Source of the DNA: an uncultured Lachnospiraceae bacterium | GTDB lineage: Bacteria > Bacillota > Clostridia > Lachnospirales > Lachnospiraceae | DNA length: 64,000 nucleotides | Direction: 5' to 3' | Assembly (NCBI GenBank): GCA_947629525.1 | Contig: CANREB010000005.1 | Span: 13,738-77,737 of the forward strand | Part shown: piece by piece, positions 54,744 to 64,000 of the stretch | How positions within the stretch are numbered: the first letter of the stretch is position 1 | How the letters are laid out: each line of letters begins with the position of its first letter | The notes under the pieces: model-generated | The model's input: the letters and a program-made list of their open reading frames with translations, nothing else | The model's database searches: none | What the model was told of the DNA's origin: nothing | Position numbers and translations under genes: made by a program

Positions 54744-57700
54744 TTATTCTTTTTTGCCTTTATTTTCACGTCTTGCCGCGCGTTTCTGCTTTCTTCTCTC
54801 TTTTGCCTCCATTCTTCCCTGCCTGCTCATAAGAAGATAAAAGCTTGGCAGCAGGAGCAGAATAAGCATTGTCGATGTGATAAGTCCGCCTATAATAATA
54901 AGGGACATTCCTTTCATCATCGCCGCATTCTCATTTTGGGTAAATATCATCGGTATCATTGATAGGATGGTGGTGAGCGTCGTCATCAGGATAGGGCGCA
55001 GTCGGATGCTGCCGCTCTCCATAAGCGCATCATTTAACGGCATATTCTCTTTTAACTGATTAGTAGTATCCACATATAAAATGCCGTTATTCACAACAAT
55101 ACCCACAAGCATCAGCACGCCCATCATTGATGTCATATTAAGCGTCGAGCCTGTAATGAACAAAAGGAAAAACGAACCGATAAGGCTGAACGGTATGCTG
55201 AGCATGACCATCAGTGAAAATCTCGGGGACTCAAACTGCATTGCCATAACAAGGAAAATCAAAAATACGGCAGTCAATATTGCCACTCCGATTGACTGAA
55301 ATTCTTCTCCCATCATTTCCATCATAAGGTTGTCGGTCTGCTCTACGCCTTCGGGGAACTGCGCTGCATCAACAGACTCGGTTATCGCTTCCTGTGCAGT
55401 GAACTTCTCCTTATCCGTAGTATAAGCGGTAACTGCCACCTGATATTTTCCGTTGCTCCTTACAAGAGTTTCAGGTACATCCGAGTAAACAGCATCGGCT
55501 ACATCATCAACCGTTATCATGCCAAACTGCGTGCTTATGTCCAAATTAAGAAGCTGACTCATCTCATCATAGCTGCCTTTTGGAAATTCAAGCATAACAG
55601 AATATTCTTCTGTTCCTATATTCATCTGCATAACTTCTATTCCACTGCTGGCATTGTACATCTGGCTTGCGACCTGAACCGCCGTAAGTCCCATATTCAT
55701 ACATTTAAGCGGGTCTATCTGTATCTTTGCCTGTGACGCTCCCGATGTAAGATCGCTTGACGCCTTTATAACACCCGGAGTAGCAAGCATGATCTGCTCT
55801 ACCTGCCTTGCCGCCGTCTTTAGATCCTCGAGACTGTCGCCGTCAAGGTCTATCTCCGTCGATGAACCGACACTGAGCATTGACGTCATGCCGCTTCCCG
55901 CGGCTTCGACTATAATACTCATATTGGTATAATCTTTAAGTTTTTCGTTATAAATATCAACAAGCTCCGTAACGCTTTTATCCGTATCTTCCGACGGATA
56001 TGCCGTTATCACTGCCGTTGAACCGCTTATCGAAACATTGCATCCGGCAAAATCAGGATCGTCTATCACCATCTGTTCGATAAACTTAATGTTTTCATCT
56101 ATCACTTCCAGCCTCGTACCGCTGCGCTGCTCTACAGTGATGCTCACATTGTCGAGACCTGTAGCCGACATAAGCTCCTGATCGAGCTGTCCTGCGAGCA
56201 TAAACGCGATGACAAGCAGTGCGACTGATACGAGCATGACTGTTTTCTTCTTAAGCATAATGTGCTTAAGGAGCGTTTTGTAGCCGCTGCCTACTGACGC
56301 AAGCATCCTATTGACTATAGTATCTTTCTTTTCCTTTGGCTTATATTTCCAGAAGAAAATAGGAATAAGAGTCAGCGCGACAATAAGTGATGAAAGCATA
56401 GCGATAATGATAGTGTATCCGAGTTCAGAGAAGATCTGTCCCGCAAGACCATCCATTATCGCAAGCGGCAGGTATACCACAACTGTCGTTATCGTAGACG
56501 CGCATACCGACTGACCTACTACTTTTGTTCCGACAAGCGCGGCTGTCTTGAAGTCAGGCTCTTCGTCCTTTATCCTGAAACAGCTCTCGAGTACGACTAT
56601 CGAGGAATCAACCATCATACCTATGGCAATGACAAGCGCGCCCATAGTCACTATGTTAAGTGAAAAGCCTGCAAAACTCATGAATATCAATGTCGCCAAA
56701 AGCGAAATCGGCATAGAGCTTCCCACTATAAGACTCGCCTTGATATCGCCGAAAAAGATAAAGAGGATAAGCATTGAAAACAATACGCCAAGCACAAGCG
56801 TCTGACCTACGGAGCTTAACGATGAAATAATGCTGTCCGCCGCGTCATAAGCTACCGTTATATTTATCGCGGGATTTAACCCCGACACTTTTTCTACTAT
56901 CTTTTTTACCTCACGCGACACGTTTACCGTACCCGCGCTCTGTGTCTTTGCGATACCTATGCTTATACTGTCATTGCCGTTAAAACGGCTGATGCTGCTG
57001 TAATCATCTGTCGCCATTGTGACTGTCGCTATATCCGAAAGCGTGATAACACTGCCCCTGTTCGTAAAGAGCGGCGTATTCTGCAGATCCATTAAATTTT
57101 CGGGCTTTGAAGACGCCGAGGCACTGACAGACTGCGACCCTTGCTCAACGCTTCCTATCGGTATCGTAAAATCAGTAGTTGCAATATATGTCGATATGTC
57201 CGACATTGACAGTCCATACTGCTGCATCTTGTCTTTATGGAGCTCTATTTTGACATACTCGCCCTGCCCGCCTGTAACCGTAGTATCAGCTATATCAGCC
57301 ACACGGTCAAGTTCGGGTATTATCTCGTCCTCAACGAACGCAAATACATCCGTATCGCCTGTCGTAGTAACTGACAAAGTCATTACATCCTGCGCATCCA
57401 TATTCATCTCGACGATGACAGGATCCGTCGCATCATCAGGAAGCTGCAGTGACGCCGTATCAAGAGCGCTGCGCAGATCAGAATATGCCTCGTCGATATC
57501 CGTACCGTAGTCGTAAGAGAACATTACCATTGAGATATCTGATGTCGTCTGCGAGTCTATAGAATCAACACCCGCAAGCGTCTTTCCGGAGTCCTCTATG
57601 ATCTCCGTGACAAGTGTCTGTGTCGTTTCGGGATCACCGCCCTGATACATCGTGAGCACAAAGAGCATCGGAAGCTCCATATCCGGAGTAAGTTCAAGCT

Positions 57701-57800
57701 TGAACCCAAAGATCGAACTGATACCGAACACTGCAAGCGCAAGCACGATGAGCAGTGCGGAAACAGGTCTTTTTAACGCTAACTTTGTTAAGGAGTTCAT
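54744..57800 (-). CDS. RND-family efflux transporter permease (AcrB/AcrD/AcrF-like)
   Basis: 1018 aa with 12-TM RND topology and two large extracytoplasmic loops. N-terminus LTKLALKRPVSALLIVLAL. Confidence 0.88.
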   Translation of the reverse strand: MNSLTKLALKRPVSALLIVLALAVFGISSIFGFKLELTPDMELPMLFVLTMYQGGDPETTQTLVTEIIEDSGKTLAGVDSIDSQTTSDISMVMFSYDYGTDIDEAYSDLRSALDTASLQLPDDATDPVIVEMNMDAQDVMTLSVTTTGDTDVFAFVEDEIIPELDRVADIADTTVTGGQGEYVKIELHKDKMQQYGLSMSDISTYIATTDFTIPIGSVEQGSQSVSASASSKPENLMDLQNTPLFTNRGSVITLSDIATVTMATDDYSSISRFNGNDSISIGIAKTQSAGTVNVSREVKKIVEKVSGLNPAINITVAYDAADSIISSLSSVGQTLVLGVLFSMLILFIFFGDIKASLIVGSSMPISLLATLIFMSFAGFSLNIVTMGALVIAIGMMVDSSIVVLESCFRIKDEEPDFKTAALVGTKVVGQSVCASTITTVVVYLPLAIMDGLAGQIFSELGYTIIIAMLSSLIVALTLIPIFFWKYKPKEKKDTIVNRMLASVGSGYKTLLKHIMLKKKTVMLVSVALLVIAFMLAGQLDQELMSATGLDNVSITVEQRSGTRLEVIDENIKFIEQMVIDDPDFAGCNVSISGSTAVITAYPSEDTDKSVTELVDIYNEKLKDYTNMSIIVEAAGSGMTSMLSVGSSTEIDLDGDSLEDLKTAARQVEQIMLATPGVIKASSDLTSGASQAKIQIDPLKCMNMGLTAVQVASQMYNASSGIEVMQMNIGTEEYSVMLEFPKGSYDEMSQLLNLDISTQFGMITVDDVADAVYSDVPETLVRSNGKYQVAVTAYTTDKEKFTAQEAITESVDAAQFPEGVEQTDNLMMEMMGEEFQSIGVAILTAVFLIFLVMAMQFESPRFSLMVMLSIPFSLIGSFFLLFITGSTLNMTSMMGVLMLVGIVVNNGILYVDTTNQLKENMPLNDALMESGSIRLRPILMTTLTTILSMIPMIFTQNENAAMMKGMSLIIIGGLITSTMLILLLLPSFYLLMSRQGRMEAKERRKQKRAARRENKGKKE

Positions 57801-57814
57801 CTGTGTACGCCTCC

Positions 57815-59365
57815 TTACTCGCCTTCACTGACGGATACGGTCACACCCTCCCTTAGCTGTGCCGACCATGTTGTTATCACAAGGTCATCCTGCGTAAGTC
57901 CGTCAGTTACTACTATATTCTCAATATCATATAAACCTGTTGTTATGTCCGTTCTCTCCGCCTTGCCGTCCACAACTGTATATACATACGCCTGCGTACC
58001 GTCATAATACACCGCGTCATACGGTATTATGAGGACGTTGTCCGCATGGTATGTATCTGTCGTGACTGTCGCTTTCGTACCTGACAAAAGCGCCGACGTA
58101 TCGCCTTTGACACTCGCCTTTATGCGAAACAGCCCTGTATTGGCATCCACCGCGCTGCCTCTCTCTATCACTTCACCGTCATATGTCCTGTCGTCTTTTG
58201 TGACGGTTATCTTCTGTCCTGTCGAAAATGTATTGCGCACATCCTCACTTACATAATACGTGGCGACCATCGTATCTTTGTTTGATATGACAAAGGCAGG
58301 ATTACTTGAAGAAGCGTAATCATGCACATCTATGTTCACAGCTTCTATAACACCTGATATTGTTGCCGTAATCGTGTAATTCTCAAGGCTTTCTTTTGCC
58401 TGATCCACTTGAAGCTGTGCGCTGGTGATATTGTTCTGCGACAGTTGTCTGCTGTCATCGCGCAGTTCACCGTTTTGTATATCCTGTGCGACTACCTGCT
58501 GGCTGTACCCTTCATAGTAACTGTCAACTGCGCTCTGATAGCTCTCTATACTCGTCTCATATGCGCTTATCTGCTGCTTATAGCCTTTTATCTCAGCCTG
58601 TATCTCAGCGTCATCCGCAGCGGCGTTCTGATAACGTGTCATCGCATTCTGATATTCGTTCTGAAGGTCAGTCACTTCTTCGGCAATCTGCGCCGCCTGC
58701 TCAAAAAGCGAAGGGTCGGTCTGCGCCGCGTTTGATATCCGTGTAGCTTCTTTACTCTTATCCTGAAGCTGTTTTGAAAGATCCTCGGCATAGTCCTTGA
58801 TCTCGTCAACGTCTTCGTTGTAGTCATATTTCTCCTTTATCGCCGCATATTCGTCTTCCTTGTCATTTAATTTCTGTTTTGCGTCGTCAAGAGATTTCAC
58901 CGCGTTGTAATACTGCTCCTGATAGTCGGTTATATTATCTTCTGTTCCTGATAACTCGCTGTCCGCGTTCATATCGTTTAACATATCAGCGCCGTCGCCA
59001 AAGTTTAAGTCATAGTTTGTTTTTGCCGTGTCAAGCCCGATCTGCGCGCTTTTCACAGTATACTGCGCCATTGTGTCGTCAAGTACCGCAAGCACATCGC
59101 CCTCTTCCACGGTATCGCCCTCTGACACGTTTACCGCAAGCACTTCGGCTGTCGCCATCGGTATTATGTATACCGACTCGTCCGGATTAAGCGTAGCGAT
59201 AAAATCACCGCTCAGTTTCAAACTGCCTGTCTCGGGATTTGCCGCCTCTACGACCGCTATATCTTCCGCCGTCTCCTCTACCGTCTGTCCGGAACATCCG
59301 CCAAGCATTGATACCGACAGGGCGGTACACAAAAGAAGCGTGACCGTTAAATTCCTTTTTTTCAT
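57815..59365 (-). CDS. efflux transporter periplasmic-adaptor (HlyD/MFP) lipoprotein
   Basis: ATG 59363-59365 follows GGAGG. Lipobox LLLCTALSVSMLGGC|SG, a long coiled-coil hairpin and a beta-barrel C-terminus. Immediately upstream of the RND gene. Confidence 0.8.
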   Translation of the reverse strand: MKKRNLTVTLLLCTALSVSMLGGCSGQTVEETAEDIAVVEAANPETGSLKLSGDFIATLNPDESVYIIPMATAEVLAVNVSEGDTVEEGDVLAVLDDTMAQYTVKSAQIGLDTAKTNYDLNFGDGADMLNDMNADSELSGTEDNITDYQEQYYNAVKSLDDAKQKLNDKEDEYAAIKEKYDYNEDVDEIKDYAEDLSKQLQDKSKEATRISNAAQTDPSLFEQAAQIAEEVTDLQNEYQNAMTRYQNAAADDAEIQAEIKGYKQQISAYETSIESYQSAVDSYYEGYSQQVVAQDIQNGELRDDSRQLSQNNITSAQLQVDQAKESLENYTITATISGVIEAVNIDVHDYASSSNPAFVISNKDTMVATYYVSEDVRNTFSTGQKITVTKDDRTYDGEVIERGSAVDANTGLFRIKASVKGDTSALLSGTKATVTTDTYHADNVLIIPYDAVYYDGTQAYVYTVVDGKAERTDITTGLYDIENIVVTDGLTQDDLVITTWSAQLREGVTVSVSEGE

Positions 59366-59565
59366 AATTACCTCCGTCTGCCTAATTAATAAATTGTCAA
59401 AAAAGCCAAGTTTCTTATACATTTTATACGAATTGCGCATATAATAAAAGAGCAAAAATATAAATTTAATAATTTTTTATAATAGTTATCTTTTTTTTTT
59501 TAGAAATATCACTTATACTGTTATAGGATAACCGACAAACCAACTTGTGATACGGAGGAATATTT

Positions 59566-60285
59566 ATGAAAAAAATTTTTAGACACCTGTTATGTTCCGC
59601 ATTGGCGCTTGCCCTTGCGTTATCGGCAAATATAACGGCACATGCGGCTCCAGTCATCGGAAACGGAATTATATTATCCGACGATGTCATCACCCTTACA
59701 GAAGGCACAGGCACGGTGATCGCAGCGGCAATGCAGGAAGGATTTGACGCATCGAGACTTGCATGCGTATCGGCAGATCCTAATATCGCGTCAGTTGTTC
59801 CCGTCGCCGCCGTAAGCAACGTCGCCAATTTCCGGATAGATTATAAAGGGAACGGCTCAACCGTTATAGCCGTATTTTATCAGGATAACCCCGCTGTCGT
59901 CGCCTACGCCGCCGTGAACTCAAGCACCCTTATAATGCAGATACCGCCAAGGCTCGGCACGAACCATGACAACTACTGCTCACTCACAGGATACGAGTTC
60001 AAGCCGTATGATTTTAACAAATACGTAAACTTCGGCGCATACAAGAGCACTTTAAAGCTCACATACCGCGTGGAAGCTGTCGGCGACGAGGACTACAGCG
60101 CATGGGGATGTTACGGGCGCTTCTATGATACCGCCGGCAACGTACTCTCGCAGGTACATCTCTACTGCGGCGCGCCTGCTGCCTCCGCGGGACAGTCTTT
60201 AGGTTCTTTGAGTGTGGGACAGGTATATACGAGTGAATTTAGTGTTCCCGTAAACGCAGTGCGTTTCAGTATCGAGGGATTTTAG
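59566..60285 (+). CDS. secreted hypothetical protein (signal peptide; Ig-like N-domain possible)
   Basis: MKKIFRHLLCSALALALALSANITAHA|AP signal peptide. GGAGG SD. No family recognised. Confidence 0.6.
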   Translation: MKKIFRHLLCSALALALALSANITAHAAPVIGNGIILSDDVITLTEGTGTVIAAAMQEGFDASRLACVSADPNIASVVPVAAVSNVANFRIDYKGNGSTVIAVFYQDNPAVVAYAAVNSSTLIMQIPPRLGTNHDNYCSLTGYEFKPYDFNKYVNFGAYKSTLKLTYRVEAVGDEDYSAWGCYGRFYDTAGNVLSQVHLYCGAPAASAGQSLGSLSVGQVYTSEFSVPVNAVRFSIEGF

Positions 60286-60303
60286 AAAGAACGGCAGTAA
60301 TAT

Positions 60304-60333
60304 AAAAAAGTGCCACAAAGTGGCACTTTTTTT
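60304..60333. terminator. bidirectional intrinsic terminator
   Basis: GTGCCAC-aaa-GTGGCAC stem flanked by A6 and T7. Confidence 0.7.
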
Positions 60334-61114
60334 AATCTTCAAAAAGCTGCGACATCGAATTGATAAGTGTGGTTATCTCCGCAACCGATTTCTCTATATC
60401 GTTGTAGATGCCTGCCGACTGTCCCGACAGATCCTGCATGCTCTTTGCCACGACTGCGAAGCCTACGCCCGCTTCACCGCTTCTTGCCGCCTCAATCGTG
60501 GCGTTAAGTGAAAGTATGGTCTGCTTCTTCGCGATACCTTTAAGATGACCTGTATTCTCATTTATCTTATCTACAAGTTCACCTGACTTCTTTATGTTCG
60601 CCTTGACCGAATCAAGCCTTCCCGCATTGTTATGTTTAAAATATTCGAGGTTGACAAGCTGATTGACAATAATACCAAGCAGACTTGAAGCCGCGCGTAT
60701 TCTCTTCTCCGTGCTTACAGGGACTTTTCTTAGCGCCTGTATATATTTATCCGGATCTATGCCAAGCTCCTCGGCGGTTTTTCTGAATGCCTCCTCGTCA
60801 GGCTCATTCGGAAGCACCTGACCTCCTATAATAGCGCCAAGCTTCTCACCGTTTACAACTATATCGACTGAAAAGTCCATAAGCCCCGCATGGCAGAAAT
60901 ATGTACCCGTACACTCGTTGTCACACTTTACGCAGCGCTTGTTGCCCTCTACCGAACCTCTCGTATATTTCATGCAAAAGTCCGTAAAATTGCTGCCCTC
61001 AGTAAGATACTCACCGTTTTTGCCGACGGCGATGGCGGTAAGACCTGTAGAGTCTGAAAAACTATCCTGTATTTCCTGAAGTTTGTTGAGATCCATAAAG
61101 TCTTTTAATTCCAT
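60332..61114 (-). CDS. soluble PocR-sensor protein fused to a minimal methyl-accepting chemotaxis signalling tip
   Basis: ATG 61112-61114 follows GGAGG. PocR-like Cys cluster FCMKYTRGSVEGNKRCVKCDNEC...FCHAG and MCP tip LSLNATIEAARSGEAGVGFAVVAKSMQDLS. 260 aa with no TM segment. Confidence 0.75.
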   Translation of the reverse strand: MELKDFMDLNKLQEIQDSFSDSTGLTAIAVGKNGEYLTEGSNFTDFCMKYTRGSVEGNKRCVKCDNECTGTYFCHAGLMDFSVDIVVNGEKLGAIIGGQVLPNEPDEEAFRKTAEELGIDPDKYIQALRKVPVSTEKRIRAASSLLGIIVNQLVNLEYFKHNNAGRLDSVKANIKKSGELVDKINENTGHLKGIAKKQTILSLNATIEAARSGEAGVGFAVVAKSMQDLSGQSAGIYNDIEKSVAEITTLINSMSQLFED

Positions 61115-61167
61115 TTCGTAACCTCCGTTTTGAAGCATTATTGTAAAAATAGACAAACTTTAACTAT

Positions 61168-61195
61168 ATTATAACCTATTTTCAGTTAATTTCAA
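61168..61195 (-). promoter_or_regulatory. candidate sigma-A promoter of the PocR-MCP gene
   Basis: Minus strand TTGAAA-16 nt-TATAAT, just after the recN stop. Confidence 0.4.
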
Positions 61196-61202
61196 TAACA
61201 TT

Positions 61203-62882
61203 TTAAATATTTTCTGCTTTTTTCCTGCGCGCCGTGTCAATAAGCTCTTTCGCGTTGCCGCGCACGGCATCCGTAATGTCCTCTCCGCCAAGCATACGCG
61301 CAAGTTCCTCGACCATCTCATCGTCATTCATAGCGGTAATGCTCGTCACAGTCCTGCTGCCTGATGACTGCTTTGTTATCCTGAAACTGTTATCCGCCAT
61401 AGCGGCTATCTGCGGAAGATGCGTTATACATATGATCTGATGGCTTCCCGCAAGCGTTCCAAGCTTCTCGGACACTTTCCATGCCGTTTTACCGCTTATT
61501 CCTGTATCTATCTCGTCAAATATCATAGTCGGTATCCTGTCGCGCGACGCAAGCACTGTTTTTATCGCAAGCATTATTCTTGAAAGTTCTCCGCCGCTTG
61601 CCACATTTCCGAGGCTTTTCATCGGCTCGCCCGTGTTTGTCGATATCATAAACTCGACTTCGTCGCTGCCGTTTGACGATATCTCTTCTTTTTTTCGGAC
61701 CTGTATCTCAAACCTGACATCAAGGAAATTCAAATCCTTAAGCGCCATGACCATATCCGCGGACAGTCTTTTCGCCTCTGCCTTGCGTATGGAAGAAACC
61801 TTTTCACATGTCTTATCAAGTTCTTTATACACATTTTGAAGACGCGCTTCAAGTTCTTTCTTATATTCATCCGCATTTTGAAGACGGCTTATCTTTTCCG
61901 CAAGGTCGTTATGGTAATCGATGACTTTGTCTATGCTGCCTCCGTATTTGAGTTTTAAACGGTTCAATAAGTCAAGGCGCTCCTGAACGCGCGAAAATTC
62001 TTCCGCATCAAACTCCATATCAGACATATACCGGACTATCGATCTGTTAAAGTCGTTGAGCAGCCCGTCTATGTTCTCAAGTTCGCCCGCAAGCTCACCC
62101 GCTTTCTCATCGTACTCTTCGATCCCTTTAAGTTCGCGGACTGCATGACCTACAGCGTCAGACGCCGACTGTCCTGTAAGCTGATATGCTTTCTGCGCTG
62201 CCTCGACTATATTCCTGCTGTTGGACATCCTCCTGAACAGCGTTTCAAGTTCATCATCCTCGCCGCTTACAAGCCCTGCTTCTTCTATCTCATTATACTC
62301 AAACTCCGCAAGCGACAGCTCCCTTGCCGTCGCGCCGCCGTCGGCGCTAAATTCTGAAAGTTCCTTTTTTATCTGCGTCCAAAGAGCATACTGCTCCTTA
62401 AGCCTGTCTTTTTGCTTAGCCAGTTCTTCTCCCGCAAACGAGTCCAGTATATCCATATGGTTCTTTTTGTAAAGAAGCGACTGGTGTTCATGCTGCCCGT
62501 GTATGTCTATCAGCAGTTCCGCAAGATCCTTTACCTGCCTTGCGGTAACATTTTCGCCGCATATCTTACATATATTCCTGTTTTGCTGTATTTTCCGCTG
62601 TATGATTATTATGCCGTCTTCCTCTATTGGTATCTCAAGGCTGCGTACCGCGTTTATCATATCGCTGTCGTTTATTTGGAAGACAAGTTCCACAAGAGCG
62701 TACTCGGCACCGTTTCTTATCATATCTTTGTCGGCGCGCCCGCCGAGCGCTAAGTTTATCGAACCTATGATTATTGATTTTCCCGCTCCTGTCTCGCCGC
62801 TTAGGATATTTAATCCTTCGCCGAAATTTACTTCCGTTTCTTCTATTAACGCAAGGTTCTTCACGTGTAAGCTTATTAACAT
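61203..62882 (-). CDS. recN: DNA repair protein RecN
   Basis: MLISLHVKNLALIEETEVNFGEGLNILSGETGAGKSIII, an SMC-like coiled coil, and a C-terminal signature GGELSRIMLA. Confidence 0.95.
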   Translation of the reverse strand: MLISLHVKNLALIEETEVNFGEGLNILSGETGAGKSIIIGSINLALGGRADKDMIRNGAEYALVELVFQINDSDMINAVRSLEIPIEEDGIIIIQRKIQQNRNICKICGENVTARQVKDLAELLIDIHGQHEHQSLLYKKNHMDILDSFAGEELAKQKDRLKEQYALWTQIKKELSEFSADGGATARELSLAEFEYNEIEEAGLVSGEDDELETLFRRMSNSRNIVEAAQKAYQLTGQSASDAVGHAVRELKGIEEYDEKAGELAGELENIDGLLNDFNRSIVRYMSDMEFDAEEFSRVQERLDLLNRLKLKYGGSIDKVIDYHNDLAEKISRLQNADEYKKELEARLQNVYKELDKTCEKVSSIRKAEAKRLSADMVMALKDLNFLDVRFEIQVRKKEEISSNGSDEVEFMISTNTGEPMKSLGNVASGGELSRIMLAIKTVLASRDRIPTMIFDEIDTGISGKTAWKVSEKLGTLAGSHQIICITHLPQIAAMADNSFRITKQSSGSRTVTSITAMNDDEMVEELARMLGGEDITDAVRGNAKELIDTARRKKAENI

Positions 62883-62884
62883 AT

Positions 62885-63337
62885 CTACCCCTTCAATATC
62901 CCGTCGATCTTTCCTATCACGATATCCGCCTCATCCGCGGTCCTGATAGCTGCCATAATGGTATCGTCGCCCGCGATGCACCCGACTATCTCCGGAAACT
63001 TCATCGCGTCAACAGCCGCCGCTACAGCCATCGCCATTCCCTGTACAGTCTTTATCACAAGAATGTTCTGCGCCTTGTTCATGGACACAAAACCGTCCTT
63101 TAAGACCCTTTTATATTTATCGCCAAGTTTTGTATCGTCCGCCGGAAGCACAATATATTTCTGCCTGCCACTGCCCGTCGATATCTTTGACAGGTTAAGT
63201 TCCCGTATATCCCTTGATACCGTAGCCTGCGTCACTTCAAAACCTGCCTCCTTAAGATAAACGGCAAGCTCATCCTGCGTCTCGATATCATATTTATTTA
63301 TAAGTCTGACGATTTCCTCATGTCTTTGTTTTTTCAT
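62885..63337 (-). CDS. argR: arginine repressor ArgR/AhrC
   Basis: 150 aa. wHTH TQDELAVYLKEAGFEVTQATVSRDIREL and C-terminal GCIAGDDTI. Confidence 0.93.
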   Translation of the reverse strand: MKKQRHEEIVRLINKYDIETQDELAVYLKEAGFEVTQATVSRDIRELNLSKISTGSGRQKYIVLPADDTKLGDKYKRVLKDGFVSMNKAQNILVIKTVQGMAMAVAAAVDAMKFPEIVGCIAGDDTIMAAIRTADEADIVIGKIDGILKG

Positions 63338-63355
63338 CTATGTATGCACTGCCTT

Positions 63356-64000
63356 TCAAAAGAAGCTCATTTTTTTCTGCAGGGTGTCAAGGAAACTTGC
63401 CCTGCTCAGCTTGATGATCTTCGTCACCTTATCTGAACGTATGATGCGTATCTTGTCGCCTTCATTCAGATTTACGGGGCATCTGCCGTCAAAACTCGCA
63501 TCAACTTCCTGCTGCTCGCCCGCCTTGTATTTGCCTATCTCTATATCTATCACATCGTCGTCGGCAAGCACTATAGTCCTGTTGTTCACCATAGTGTGCG
63601 AACATACGGGCGTCATCATTATGAGACGCGCCCTTGGCTCGACTATAGGTCCGCCCGCCGAAAGGTTATATGCCGTAGAGCCTGTAGGTGTGGATATTAT
63701 CATTCCGTCAGCGCTGTACGTACTCAGCATCCGCCCGTTCACATATATGTTAAAGTTGATAACGTGCAGCGCACCCTTACGGTTGATGACTATGTCGTTG
63801 AGCGCTGTCTGAGGATTCATGCTCTCCCCTCCGATAACGGGAATGCCGCTGAGCATCATGCGTATCTCTATATCGTATTTATCGTCGATAAGCATGTCAA
63901 GCGCCGATTCAAGTTTGTCCGCTTCTATCTCGGTAAGATATCCGAGTGTGCCGAGATTGACGCCGATAAACGGTATATGTCTTCCTACATATTCCCGCGC
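63356..64000 (-). CDS. nadK: NAD(+) kinase, C-terminal roughly 214 aa (5' end beyond the right edge)
   Basis: ADGMIISTPTGSTAYNLSAGGPIV signature. The frame stays open upstream of the track ORF to position 64000 (...FIGVNLGTLGYLTEIE...). Confidence 0.88.
   Translation of the reverse strand, partial: AREYVGRHIPFIGVNLGTLGYLTEIEADKLESALDMLIDDKYDIEIRMMLSGIPVIGGESMNPQTALNDIVINRKGALHVINFNIYVNGRMLSTYSADGMIISTPTGSTAYNLSAGGPIVEPRARLIMMTPVCSHTMVNNRTIVLADDDVIDIEIGKYKAGEQQEVDASFDGRCPVNLNEGDKIRIIRSDKVTKIIKLSRASFLDTLQKKMSFF

Overview
Chromosomal segment of a motile, spore-forming Firmicute (Clostridia, Lachnospiraceae-like; guessed from gene content and synteny, no search was run). About 60 of 62 genes are on the minus strand. 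The core is a roughly 36.7-kb fla/che flagellar-chemotaxis gene cluster (flgB at 42799 down to about 6128). Its order closely follows Bacillus subtilis: codY | flgB flgC fliE fliF fliG fliH fliI fliJ ylxF fliK flgD (TIGR02530-type) flgE flbD motA motB fliL fliM fliY cheY fliO fliP fliQ fliR flhB flhA flhF flhG pilZ cheB cheA cheW cheC cheD (membrane protein) sigD fapA plus three uncharacterised genes, then rpsB tsf. To the right lie topA, dprA, comM, sigK, hemW, lepA and spoIVB, then a roughly 6.4-kb block (RND pump, adaptor, secreted protein, PocR mini-chemoreceptor), then recN, argR and nadK (partial). To the left lie a convergent asnA and a roughly 3-kb accessory patch. Five things are most worth a second look. 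(1) A compact type III (RNA-antitoxin) toxin-antitoxin cassette sits exactly between codY and flgB, bounded by a perfect 26-bp duplication of the codY 3' end. (2) Three copies of a 148-178-nt long-hairpin element have arms that differ by compensatory changes; two copies bracket an Rpn-family PD-(D/E)XK nuclease gene. (3) That Rpn gene has a strong internal SD+ATG that would make a separate C-terminal repeat protein, and a repeat-rich leader that can form alternative hairpins. (4) SigK has no pro-sequence, although spoIVB is present. (5) A PocR-fused chemoreceptor retains only the tip of the signalling hairpin. No rRNA, tRNA or CRISPR array was seen. All family assignments come from reading the translations and motifs from memory; none is database-verified.
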